From Rhabdothermincola salaria (GTDB lineage: Bacteria > Actinomycetota > Acidimicrobiia > Acidimicrobiales > Acidimicrobilacustridaceae): DNA of 64,000 nucleotides. The stretch spans positions 558,001 to 622,000 of the forward strand of contig NZ_JAJQXW010000002.1 in NCBI RefSeq assembly GCF_021246445.1, in the 5' to 3' direction. The notes under the pieces were generated by a model. It was not told the origin of the DNA. It made no database searches and was given only the letters and a program-made list of their open reading frames with translations. This document shows, piece by piece, positions 23,061 through 36,006 of this stretch (within the stretch, counting starts at the first letter, position 1; each line of letters starts with the position of its first letter). The position numbers were made by a program, and so were the translations under genes.

Positions 23061-26000
23061 ATGTCACAGTTGGACGCGAGGCACAAGCGACGGGCGGGAG
23101 CGATCTTCGCCCTGTTCGCCTTGTTGGCCTCATTGATGGTCGGGTTCGCCAGCCCGGCCTCGGCGAACTCCGAGGTGGTGCCCAAGGGCGTCTCCGTCGG
23201 AGGCAACGTGTTCGGCACGTGGAACGGCCAGCAGCGCACGTTCTACGCCGGGCTGATCGGTGTCGACACCGACAACAACGGTTCGGTCGACGCCTACGCG
23301 TACTGCATCGACCTCGGTACGAACCTGGCCAACAACAAGACCTACACCGAGGGCACCTGGAACCAGGCGACCGTGCCGAACCTCGGCAAGATCACCTGGA
23401 TCCTCCAGAACTACGACCCGAGCGTGCCGGCCAACCGCACCGAGGACGTGGCCAAGGCCGTGCAGGCCGCCATCTGGCACTTCAGCGACGGGTTCAACCT
23501 CGACCTGGGCAACCAGTCGGGCAACAACCAGGCCGTGCGCGACCTCTACAGCTCGATCCTGGCCAACGCCCAGGACGTGCCCGAGCCCTCCCCGACGCTG
23601 TCCATCGCGCCGGCCGACCAGAGCGAGGAAGCCGGCACCGGACTCGTCTACAACGTCTCGTCCACCGCCCCCGGCCCCGTCGCGCTGTCGCTCGGCGGCA
23701 GCATCCCGGCCGGCACCAAGATCGTCCCTGCCGCCGGCGGCGTCTGCGACGCCGGTGCCGCACCCATCACCTCGGTCACCCTCACCGGGGGCAACGCCCA
23801 GGTGTGCGTCTACTCCGACCAGCCCGGCGGACCCGCCGAGCTCACGGGCACGGTCAGCCAAGCCACGGCCAGCGGCCGCGTCTTCCTGCGCCCCAACGCC
23901 CAGAAGCTGATCTTCGCCGGCGGTGGCACGGTCTCCGCCAACGCCAAGGCCAAGGGCTCCTGGTCCGACTACTCCACGTTCACGATCGACGTCACCTGCG
24001 ACACGGTGACCATCACCTCCAACGGCAAGGACCTGTCCAACATCGTCTGGCAGGGCGTCACCGGTCCGTCCGAGAAGGCCGACGGCCTCAGCGGCAAGAC
24101 CTACGTCATCCCCAACGATCCGGCCAACCCCGTGGCCGAGGTCTGGATCAAGGCCGGCAACAACAAGAACGAGGGGCCGCAGCCGCGTCCCCCGCACAAC
24201 GGCAACAACGGGCTCGGTGCCTACTTCACCGTCGCCGCCCCTGAGGGCTGCGTCCCCGATCCCGGCGCCAGTGCCGCGGTCGAGTGCGTCGACAACGACG
24301 GCACCATCACCGTCACCCTGAACAACACCGGCTACGGCGAGGTCACCTTCGACGTGACCAACCCCGTCACCAGTGAGGTGACGTCCAAGGTCGTCGGGGC
24401 CAAGGGCACCGACACCGTCGTCTTCACCGACGTGCCCGACGGCACCTACGACGTGCCCGTCACCGCCAAGGTGGCCGGCCAGCCCGACGAGGACCTGACC
24501 ATCGAGGGACTCACCGTCTCCTGTGACGCCCCGGGCACGCCCGAGGTGCTCCAGGACGTCGAGTGCGTCGACTTCGACGGCACCGTCACGCTGACCCTGG
24601 CCAACACCGGCACGCCGGGCAAGGCCAAGCCGATCCACTACGTGGTGAAGGACCTCGGCGACAACGTCGTGTTCGACGGCCCGGTCGCCCCCGGCGCCCA
24701 GCAGGTCGTCACCATCGACGACGTGCCCGACGGCGTCCATGTCTTCCCGGTCACCGCTGACGGCGTCGACAAGAACCAGACCGTCACCGTCGACTGCGAC
24801 GCCGACGGCACCGCCGAGGTCACCGAGAAGGTGGAGTGCGTCGACTTCGACGGCACCGTCACGCTGACCCTGGCCAACACCGGCACGCCGGGCAAGGCCA
24901 AGCCGGTCCACTACGTGGTGAAGGACCTCGGCGGCGCCGTGGTCTACGACGGCAACGTCGCCGCCGGTGACTCCGTCCCCGTCGTCATCAACGGCGTGCC
25001 CGACGGCGAGTGGACCTTCCCGGTCACCGCCGACGGCACCGACAAGAGCCAGACCGTCACCGTCGACTGCGACGGCCCGGGCACCCCGGTGGTCGAGAAG
25101 CTCGTCGAGTGCGTCGACTTCGACGGCACGGTCACGCTGACCCTGAAGAACACCGGCATCCCGGGCAAGGCCGAGCCGGTGGCCTTCGTGGTGGAGAACA
25201 CCGACGGCTCCCCGAAGTGGGAGGGCACCGTCGCCGCCGGCCAGCAGGAGGTCGTCACCTTCACCGGCGTCGCCGACGGTGAGCACACCTATCCGGTGTC
25301 CGCCGACGGCGAGGACATGGACCAGACGGTCACCGTCGACTGCGATGCCCCCGGCACCCCGTCGGTGGCCGGTGACGTCGAGTGCATCGACTTCGACGGC
25401 ACCATCACCGTCACCCTGGCCAACACCGGCACCCCGGGCAAGGCCAAGCCGGTCGCCTTCGTGGTGAAGGACCCGGTCACCGACGCGGTCGTCTTCGACG
25501 GCTCGCTCGAGGCCGGCGAGACGAAGATCATCGAGTTCGACGGGCTGGCCGACGGCGACTACACGGTCCCCGTCACCGCCAACGGTGACGACGAGAGCCT
25601 CGCCCTCACCGTCGACTGCGACGGCCCGGGCACCCCGGTGGTCGAGAAGCTCGTCGAGTGCGTCGACTTCGACGGCACGGTCACGCTGACCCTGAAGAAC
25701 ACCGGCATCCCGGGCAAGGCCGAGCCGGTGGCCTTCGTGGTGAAGAACACCGACGGCTCCCCGAAGTGGGAGGGCACCGTCGCCGCCGGCCAGCAGGAGG
25801 TCGTCACCTTCGCCGACGTGGCCGATGGCGTGCACGCCTACCCGGTGTCCGCCGACGGCGAGGACATGGACCAGACGGTCACCGTCGACTGCGACGGGCC
25901 CGGCACCCCGGTCATCGAGGACTCGGTGGAGTGCGTCGACTTCGACGGCACCGTCACCCTCACCCTGAAGAACACCGGCACGCCGGGCAAGGCCAAGCCG

Positions 26001-27167
26001 GTCGCCTACGTGGTCCGCGACCTCGATGGTGAGATCGCCTGGGCCGGCAACGTGGCCCCGGGGGCCGAGCACGTGGTCACCTTCGACGGCATCGCCGATG
26101 GCACCTGGACCTTCCCGGTCCTCGCCGACGGTGAGCCCGACGACGTCACCGTGACCGTCGACTGCGACGGCCCGGGCACCGCCCAGGTCACCTCCGCAGT
26201 GGAGTGCGCCGACAACGACGGCACGGTCACGCTGACCCTGGCCAACACCGGCACGCCGGGCAAGGCCAAGCCGGTCGCCTACGTGGTCCGTGACCTCGAT
26301 GGTGAGATCGCCTGGGAAGGCGATGTCGCCGCCGGTGACGAGAAGCTCGTCACCTTCGAGTCCGTGCCCGACGGCACCCACACCTACCCCGTCACCGCCG
26401 ACGGCGAGGACGTCGACCAGACCGTCACCGTCGCCTGCGACGCCCCCGGCATCCCCGAGGTCGACAGCGTGGTCGAGTGCACCGCCGCCGGCGGTGAGGT
26501 GACCATCGTGCTCGGCAACGAGGGCGTCGACGCCAAGAACCTCCCGATCACCTACCGGGTGACCGACCCCCGCGACGGCACCTCCCAGGACGTGACCGTC
26601 GAGCCGGGCGAGTCCCTCGAGGTGGTCTACGACGACGTCGCCGACGGCGAGTACACCTTCGGTGTCGACGTCATCGAGGGTGACGAGGTGGTCGAGTCCT
26701 TCGACCAGACCGTCACCGTCCTCTGCGCCGAGCCCGAGGTCCTGGGCATCAGCGTCGAGTGCGCCGAGGGTGGCGTGGTCGTGGTCCTCGGCAACCCGGG
26801 CACCAACCCCACGGAGATGACCGTCCGCAAGGGCGACACCGTCATCGCCACCGAGGTCGTCGCTCCCGGCGACGAGGTGCGGGTGCTCGTCCCCATGGAG
26901 GAAGGCGAGACCGCGACCATCACCGTCTCCGACGGCGATGAGGTCCTGAGCTCGCAGACCATCACCCTGGACTGCGAGGACCCGGCCCCGCCCACCACCC
27001 CCAGCACGGCCCAGGTGGCCGGCGTCACCCAGACGCCGACCGCGGTGAGCCCCACCGGGGCGCTGCCGTACACCGGTGGCGACGTGGTGCGCACGCTGGG
27101 CCTCGGCCTGCTCCTGGCCGCCGCCGGCTTCGGTCTGGTGCTGGCCACCCGGCGCCGCCGCTCGTAG
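23061..27167 (+). CDS. Sortase-anchored (LPYTG) surface adhesin with N-terminal Cys-Gln thioester domain and about 10 Cys-bracketed beta-rich repeats
   Basis: Signal peptide ending ASA; YCID (Cys codon 23304), QAAIWHF and AQKLI (Gln codon 23901) are TED motifs; about 91-aa repeats VECVDFDGTVTLTLxNTG...VDCD; LPYTG + TM + RRRRS. Confidence 0.9.
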   Translation: MSQLDARHKRRAGAIFALFALLASLMVGFASPASANSEVVPKGVSVGGNVFGTWNGQQRTFYAGLIGVDTDNNGSVDAYAYCIDLGTNLANNKTYTEGTWNQATVPNLGKITWILQNYDPSVPANRTEDVAKAVQAAIWHFSDGFNLDLGNQSGNNQAVRDLYSSILANAQDVPEPSPTLSIAPADQSEEAGTGLVYNVSSTAPGPVALSLGGSIPAGTKIVPAAGGVCDAGAAPITSVTLTGGNAQVCVYSDQPGGPAELTGTVSQATASGRVFLRPNAQKLIFAGGGTVSANAKAKGSWSDYSTFTIDVTCDTVTITSNGKDLSNIVWQGVTGPSEKADGLSGKTYVIPNDPANPVAEVWIKAGNNKNEGPQPRPPHNGNNGLGAYFTVAAPEGCVPDPGASAAVECVDNDGTITVTLNNTGYGEVTFDVTNPVTSEVTSKVVGAKGTDTVVFTDVPDGTYDVPVTAKVAGQPDEDLTIEGLTVSCDAPGTPEVLQDVECVDFDGTVTLTLANTGTPGKAKPIHYVVKDLGDNVVFDGPVAPGAQQVVTIDDVPDGVHVFPVTADGVDKNQTVTVDCDADGTAEVTEKVECVDFDGTVTLTLANTGTPGKAKPVHYVVKDLGGAVVYDGNVAAGDSVPVVINGVPDGEWTFPVTADGTDKSQTVTVDCDGPGTPVVEKLVECVDFDGTVTLTLKNTGIPGKAEPVAFVVENTDGSPKWEGTVAAGQQEVVTFTGVADGEHTYPVSADGEDMDQTVTVDCDAPGTPSVAGDVECIDFDGTITVTLANTGTPGKAKPVAFVVKDPVTDAVVFDGSLEAGETKIIEFDGLADGDYTVPVTANGDDESLALTVDCDGPGTPVVEKLVECVDFDGTVTLTLKNTGIPGKAEPVAFVVKNTDGSPKWEGTVAAGQQEVVTFADVADGVHAYPVSADGEDMDQTVTVDCDGPGTPVIEDSVECVDFDGTVTLTLKNTGTPGKAKPVAYVVRDLDGEIAWAGNVAPGAEHVVTFDGIADGTWTFPVLADGEPDDVTVTVDCDGPGTAQVTSAVECADNDGTVTLTLANTGTPGKAKPVAYVVRDLDGEIAWEGDVAAGDEKLVTFESVPDGTHTYPVTADGEDVDQTVTVACDAPGIPEVDSVVECTAAGGEVTIVLGNEGVDAKNLPITYRVTDPRDGTSQDVTVEPGESLEVVYDDVADGEYTFGVDVIEGDEVVESFDQTVTVLCAEPEVLGISVECAEGGVVVVLGNPGTNPTEMTVRKGDTVIATEVVAPGDEVRVLVPMEEGETATITVSDGDEVLSSQTITLDCEDPAPPTTPSTAQVAGVTQTPTAVSPTGALPYTGGDVVRTLGLGLLLAAAGFGLVLATRRRRS
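24278..26980 (+). repeat. Ten tandem ~273-bp coding repeats in the adhesin stalk
   Basis: VEC...xxC units begin near 24280, 24558, 24831, 25104, 25377, 25653, 25926, 26199, 26472 and 26754. Units 4 and 6 are nearly identical at DNA level. Confidence 0.9.
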
Positions 27168-27182
27168 CGCCGGCCGGCACCG

Positions 27183-27250
27183 CACCGGTCGGGGGGCCAG
27201 CCCCGACCGGTGAACCGTGACAGGAGGGGAGCCCGAGAGGGCTCCCCTCC
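27183..27250 (+). terminator. Tandem hairpins after the adhesin gene
   Basis: CACCGGTCGGGG-n6-CCCCGACCGGTG and GGAGGGGAGCCC-GAGA-GGGCTCCCCTCC. Confidence 0.65.
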
Positions 27251-27355
27251 GTCGCGTCCGGGCCGTTCGCCGGGTCCCGGCAGGGGTGCGCAACCTCGTC
27301 CGCGCCGCCGCAGTACCGTCTCGCCTCGGTCGTCCACCGGGGGGAGAGCGGTCAG

Positions 27356-29470
27356 ATGGGGCAGTCCACGGCGCCTGGCGCACCGGTCGCCGCGGGTCCG
27401 GGCCGGGTCCACCTGTCCGGTCTCGACGGTCTGCGCGGCCTGGCCGTGGTGCTCGTGGTGGTCTTCCACTTCTGGCCCGAGGTCCTGCCCGGTGGGTTCC
27501 TCGGCGTCTCGCTGTTCTTCACCCTCTCCGGGTACCTGATCACCGGCTTGTTGCTGGCCGAGCACGAGCGCCACGGCCGCGTCGACCTGCGGGCCTTCTG
27601 GGGCCGCCGGTTCCGGCGGCTGCTCCCCGCCGCCCTCGTCACCCTCGCGGGGGTGGCGGTGCTGGCCATCTGGCTCACCAGCCCCGCGGACCTCGCCGAC
27701 GAGATCGTCGCCGCGCTGGCCTACGTCTACAACTGGTACCTCATCGCCACCGGAGGCGACTACGGGGCGCTGTTCAGCCAGCCGTCGCCCATCGAGCACT
27801 TCTGGTCGCTCGCCATCGAAGAGCAGTTCTACGTCGTGTTCCCGGCCGTGGCCGTGGTGGCCCTGCGGGCGGGGCGACGTGGCCTGGGCGTCGTCGTCGG
27901 GGTCCTGCTCGCCGGGTCGGTGGCGCTGAACCTGAGCGGCGCCCTCGCCCCCGCCGAGGCCTACCTGTCGACCCTGACCCGAGCGGCGGAGATCCTGGTC
28001 GGCGCCCTCCTCGCCGTGGTGGTGCCGGTCGACCGCGTGCGGGCCGCGGTCGAGGGCCGGGTGGTGCGCTGGGTGGCCGCGACGATGGGCGCGGTCGCCG
28101 TCGTCGCCGTCGTGGCGTCGTCGCGGTGGTTCGACTACGACGAGGTCGTGGCCCAGCGGGGCTTCCTCGTGATGTTCGCCTGCGTGTCGGCGGTGGCCAT
28201 CGTCGGGGCGGCGTCGGTGCCCGTCACCCGGGTGCTGGGCACCGCCGTGCCCCGATGGCTGGGACAGCGCTCCTACGGCATCTACCTCGTCCACTGGCCG
28301 ATCGAGGTATGGATGCCCGCGCCCGGCGCGGTGAAGGTGGTCGTCACGCTCGCCCTCGCCGAGCTCTCCTATCGCCTGGTCGAGACGCCGATCCGGTCGC
28401 GTCGGGTCCTGGTCGCGACCCCTCGGGCCCTCGTCGCGGGGGTGGTCGCCGTGTCGTTGGTCGCCGTGGTGGCGATCGCGCCCGTCGGGTTCGGCGCCGG
28501 TGACGCATCGAGCGCCTCGTCGGTCGTCACGGTTCCTCCGAGGGACCTCGAGTCGCCGGCCCCGTCGACCGCGGGGGGCGCGGTCGACCCGGGGGCTCCT
28601 CCGCCGAGCGCGGTGCTCGGGGCGGTCGAGGAGGCGGCCGCGGCGGCGTCGCTTCCGGAGTCAGCTGCACCCCCGGCGCCCGCCGCGCCCGCTGCGGTTG
28701 CCGGACCATCCGTGGTGTGGGTGTTGGGGGACTCCCAGGCCCACGGGCTGCTCGACTGGGTGACGGGCCGGCGCGACCCGCAGCACGAGCTGCTGTGGGG
28801 TCGAGAGGCGCCCACCGCCGCCTACCCCCAGGCGGGCTCCGACGGGGAGATGGTCGTCGTGGACCTGGCCATGCCCGCCTGCGAGGGCGGCCGCGGCGTG
28901 GTGAAGCTGCGCTACGAGGGTCGCGCCGTCGACGAGAACCCCCGTTGCCAGGACTGGCCGACGAGGTGGGGCGAGGCCCTGGCCGCCTACGGCGCGCCCG
29001 ACGTGGTCGTGTGGATCGTCGGTGGGGCGACCGTCTGGATCCCCCGCTCCTTCGATGCCGCCCCCGAGGAATTCGCCGTGCCGACCGACGAGGCGTGGCA
29101 GCGCTGGTGGCCCGGTTCGGTCCACGAACGACTCGACTGGATCACCGTTCACGCCCCCGACGCCCGGGTGGTGTGGACCACGCCGGTGCTCCCGACGCGC
29201 TCGGAGTACGTCGGCGCCGGGAGTCCCGACGACGAAGCCTGGCACCGGATCGTCGTCGCGACCGATGTGGTGGCCGACCTCCAACGACGCATCGCCCGCG
29301 ATCGGCTGCGGGTGGTCGTCGCTGACCTCGGGGGCTGGGCCGAGACGGCGGGGAGCGACGGCGGGCCGCTCGGTGGCACCTTCGACGGTGTGCACTGGGA
29401 CCGTCGGACGTCGGTCGAGCGGATCTGGCCGTGGCTGCTCGATCAGGTGTCGACGTCGCGAGGCCGCTGA
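27356..29470 (+). CDS. AT3 acyltransferase fused to SGNH domain (OatA/OafA-like)
   Basis: LDGLRGLAV, GVSLFFTLSGYLIT, HFWSLAIEEQFY, SYGIYLVHWP; SGNH GDSQ and DGVH. Confidence 0.9.
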   Translation: MGQSTAPGAPVAAGPGRVHLSGLDGLRGLAVVLVVVFHFWPEVLPGGFLGVSLFFTLSGYLITGLLLAEHERHGRVDLRAFWGRRFRRLLPAALVTLAGVAVLAIWLTSPADLADEIVAALAYVYNWYLIATGGDYGALFSQPSPIEHFWSLAIEEQFYVVFPAVAVVALRAGRRGLGVVVGVLLAGSVALNLSGALAPAEAYLSTLTRAAEILVGALLAVVVPVDRVRAAVEGRVVRWVAATMGAVAVVAVVASSRWFDYDEVVAQRGFLVMFACVSAVAIVGAASVPVTRVLGTAVPRWLGQRSYGIYLVHWPIEVWMPAPGAVKVVVTLALAELSYRLVETPIRSRRVLVATPRALVAGVVAVSLVAVVAIAPVGFGAGDASSASSVVTVPPRDLESPAPSTAGGAVDPGAPPPSAVLGAVEEAAAAASLPESAAPPAPAAPAAVAGPSVVWVLGDSQAHGLLDWVTGRRDPQHELLWGREAPTAAYPQAGSDGEMVVVDLAMPACEGGRGVVKLRYEGRAVDENPRCQDWPTRWGEALAAYGAPDVVVWIVGGATVWIPRSFDAAPEEFAVPTDEAWQRWWPGSVHERLDWITVHAPDARVVWTTPVLPTRSEYVGAGSPDDEAWHRIVVATDVVADLQRRIARDRLRVVVADLGGWAETAGSDGGPLGGTFDGVHWDRRTSVERIWPWLLDQVSTSRGR

Positions 29471-29483
29471 CCCGTTCGGGGGT

Positions 29484-30923
29484 TCAGTGGCTGATGGGTT
29501 CGCCGGTTGGGTCGTCGTCGGCGTCGGCCGGGGCCGAGGTCGCCCGCCGGCTCCTCCACCGCCACCACAACGCCTCGATGGCGACGGCGGCCATGAGGGC
29601 GATGGCCCCCTCGGCGACGGCGCGGTAGCGGGCCTGACCGAAGAACATGGTGACCACCACGGCCACCACCAGCACCGGACCGAGCACGGGTGAGATCGGC
29701 ACCCGTCGCCGGCGCAGGATCACGGCTCCGGCGATGGCGAGGCCGGCGACCGGATACCAGGTGACGGCCGCGGATTGGATGACCCACGGGGTCATGCGCT
29801 CGTTGAACTCGTCGAGCTCGACCTGCTGGGTCGGCTTCCACAGCCCGGTGATGCGACCCCAGCGGGCCAGCACCACGACCGGGAGCCGATCGAGGTTGTC
29901 GCCCATGAAGTCGAGCGTCTCGCGGCGCAGGATCTCGGCACGCACGGACTGGTCGCCGGTGGCCTCGTCGAACCCATTGCGTTCGAGGTAGTCGAGGGAG
30001 CACTGCAGGCTCCAGTACCCGGTGGTCGGCCCGTAGAACGTGTACTCGCAGTTGGACGTGGCCAGGGTGATCTCGAAGCCGTTGGACAACAGCACGGGCT
30101 GCTCGAAGCGGGTCATGTTGTAGGTGACCCATGGGGCGAGGACCACGATGCAGGCCAGGGCCGCCGCGCCCAGCCGCAGGATCCGGTCGCGCCAGGGGGT
30201 CGTGCCGGCGAGCAGGCACAGCGGCACGATCACGAACACGCTCAGCAGCAGCAGCTCGGCGCGGCTCAGCGCGGCGAGGGCCACCGCGGCACCGACCGCG
30301 GCCGCCGGCCACAGCCCGGGCGCCCGCCAGAAGCGGTAGGCCAGCCAGATGGTGAGGGCGGTGGTGAAGATGGCCATCGTCTCCGACAGCAACAGCCCGT
30401 CCCAGTTCCACACGCCGGGGTAGACCGCCACCACGCCGGCGCCCACCAGCCCGAGGCGCCAACCGCCGATCTGGCGGCCGGCGAGGCCCGAGAGGAACAC
30501 CGAACCGGCCCCGATGACGGTGGAGGCCAGCAGGTGGGAGGTCACCCCGGTGCGGCCCAACCACGAGAAGCCGCCGAGGTAGAGGATGTAGAGCGGTGGG
30601 TGGTCGGCGGCCTGGTTCACCGAGTCGCGCAGGAAGTACGCGAACGGGTTGATCCAGCCCTGGCCGCCGGCGAGGAGGTTGGCGGCGTGGTGGTAGAAGT
30701 AGCCGTCGCCCCACACGACCATGTCGCGACGCCAGATCCACACGTAGGCCACCCGCAGGACGAGCCCGGCCAGGGTGATGCCGATCAGCCAGGCGTAGAA
30801 GCGGCGGTCGCGAGCGACGATGGGCTCGCGCAGGCCACGGGTGGCCGGTGGTTCGGTGGTCGGGTCGGCCTCCACCGGGGTGCCGGCCGTCGCCGGGTCG
30901 GGGGGCGCGGTGGTCTCAGACAT
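29484..30923 (-). CDS. GT-C (GT39/ArnT/PMT-like) membrane glycosyltransferase
   Basis: GDGYFYHHAANLL, ADHPPLY, LLSET, SRAE, RYR; multi-TM; ATG at 30923. Confidence 0.82.
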   Translation of the reverse strand: MSETTAPPDPATAGTPVEADPTTEPPATRGLREPIVARDRRFYAWLIGITLAGLVLRVAYVWIWRRDMVVWGDGYFYHHAANLLAGGQGWINPFAYFLRDSVNQAADHPPLYILYLGGFSWLGRTGVTSHLLASTVIGAGSVFLSGLAGRQIGGWRLGLVGAGVVAVYPGVWNWDGLLLSETMAIFTTALTIWLAYRFWRAPGLWPAAAVGAAVALAALSRAELLLLSVFVIVPLCLLAGTTPWRDRILRLGAAALACIVVLAPWVTYNMTRFEQPVLLSNGFEITLATSNCEYTFYGPTTGYWSLQCSLDYLERNGFDEATGDQSVRAEILRRETLDFMGDNLDRLPVVVLARWGRITGLWKPTQQVELDEFNERMTPWVIQSAAVTWYPVAGLAIAGAVILRRRRVPISPVLGPVLVVAVVVTMFFGQARYRAVAEGAIALMAAVAIEALWWRWRSRRATSAPADADDDPTGEPISH

Positions 30924-32340
30924 GGTCGCTGGTCTCTGGGCTCGGATCGGGGCCGGCGCCGACGGTGGCTCCGGAGAGGGGTGGGGCGGCGGGAGGTGGG
31001 GGCGCGTCGCCGTCGGGGGTGGCGTCACCGCCGGCCGTGCGCCGGCGGATGGCCGCGACGATGGCGACCAGGCCCACGGCGGCGAGGACGGCGAGCGGCC
31101 CCTCGGCCAGGGCGCGGTAGCGGGGTTGGCCGAAGGTGACGGTGGCGGTGAACCACACGGTGAGGAACGGTGCGGCCAGGGGGTACACCAGCTTCCCTCT
31201 GCGCCGCAGCGCCAGGCCACCGACCACGGCCAGCGGGGCCATGACGAGGAAGGAGACGGCCCCCGCCCAGGCCACCCAGAGGGTGCGGCCGGCGTCGAAG
31301 CTGTCGAGTTGCACGCTCTGCTCGAAGTTCCACAGGCCCAGGGCCCGACCCCAGCGGGCCACGATGACGGTGGGGAGGCGATCGAGGTTCTCCTGGATGT
31401 AGTCGATCGACTCGTCGCGGAGCACCTGGCCCCGCTGGGACTCGTCGCTGTTGAGCGGGTTCAGGCCGGTCGGCTCCAGGTAGCCGAAGACGCACTCGAG
31501 GCTCCAGTAGCCGGTGAGCTCGCCGTAGTAGGTCTTGTCGCAGCTCACCGTGGCCAGGGTGATCTCGAAGCCGGACGACAGGTACACCGGTTCGTCGAAG
31601 CGGGTGGCGTTGAACGCCACCCACGGGGCCAGCACGGCGAGGCAGGCGGCACCCGACGCGGCCAGCCAGCCGATGCGGGAGCGCCAGCTCGTGAGGTTCG
31701 ACCGGCGCAGCACCAGCGGCACCACGATGAAGACGGCCAGCAGGCCGAGCTCGGCCCGGCTGAGCGTGGCCAGGCCCACGGCGGCACCCAGCAGCACGAT
31801 GCGGACCAGGCTGGGATCGTCGACGAAGCGGTAGGCCAGGAAGGCGGTGAGCATCACTGCGAACAGCGCCATCGGCTCGGACAGCAACATGCCGTCCCAG
31901 GAGAAGGTGTTGGGGTAGAAGGCCACCAGCACGGCGGCGACGATGCCGGTGGTGTTGCCGGCGATGCGTCGTCCGATCAGGCCGGCCAGCACCACCGACG
32001 CCGTGCCGACCAGGGCGGTGGCCAGCATGTGGCCGGTGGGGGATCGCACCCCGAGGGTGGAGAAGAGGAACAGGTAGACGGTGTAGACGGGAGGGTGGTC
32101 GGCGGCCTGTTGGATCAGGCCGTCGATGAGGAACCGGAACGGGTTCACGAAGCCGTACCCGTCGGCCAGCAGGTTGGCCCCGTGGTGGTAGAAGTACGCG
32201 TCGCCCCACACCTGGTGGTCCCGACGCCAGACGAGGATGTAGACGGCCCGCCACGCGAAGGCGGCGGCGGCGACCGCGGCCAGCCCGAACCACCAGCGAC
32301 GATCGACGCGCGGCGATGCCTCGGTGCGGGTGGTGGTCAA
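30916..32340 (-). CDS. GT-C (GT39/ArnT/PMT-like) membrane glycosyltransferase, paralogue
   Basis: GDAYFYHHGANLL, ADHPPVY, LLSEP, SRAE, PRYR; TTG start with GGAGG RBS. Confidence 0.82.
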   Translation of the reverse strand: MTTTRTEASPRVDRRWWFGLAAVAAAAFAWRAVYILVWRRDHQVWGDAYFYHHGANLLADGYGFVNPFRFLIDGLIQQAADHPPVYTVYLFLFSTLGVRSPTGHMLATALVGTASVVLAGLIGRRIAGNTTGIVAAVLVAFYPNTFSWDGMLLSEPMALFAVMLTAFLAYRFVDDPSLVRIVLLGAAVGLATLSRAELGLLAVFIVVPLVLRRSNLTSWRSRIGWLAASGAACLAVLAPWVAFNATRFDEPVYLSSGFEITLATVSCDKTYYGELTGYWSLECVFGYLEPTGLNPLNSDESQRGQVLRDESIDYIQENLDRLPTVIVARWGRALGLWNFEQSVQLDSFDAGRTLWVAWAGAVSFLVMAPLAVVGGLALRRRGKLVYPLAAPFLTVWFTATVTFGQPRYRALAEGPLAVLAAVGLVAIVAAIRRRTAGGDATPDGDAPPPPAAPPLSGATVGAGPDPSPETSDHV

Positions 32341-32434
32341 CGCTGCTCCTCCGGTGCGGGACCCCACGCGCGCCGGCGTTCGCCCCGGGTGATCGTAGCC
32401 CTCGGCGGCGCCAGGACCCGACCGCCCCGGGTGG

Positions 32435-35975
<3,541 letters not shown>

Positions 35976-36006
35976 ACCACCGATCCCCCAGGAAGGTCCC
36001 CCAGCC

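Noticed and set aside
24278..26980. Regularly spaced DNA repeats as a CRISPR array or DGR template/variable repeat pair
   Set aside because: The repeats are in-frame ~273-bp protein domains with no unique spacers. There is no cas or reverse transcriptase gene in the window.
23130..27383. Very long antisense ORFs (also 9529..12462 +, 15865..17592 -, 20184..22760 -, 50177..53518 -)
   Set aside because: Shadow frames of real genes: high GC3 bias removes antisense stop codons, and the translations have no recognisable motifs.
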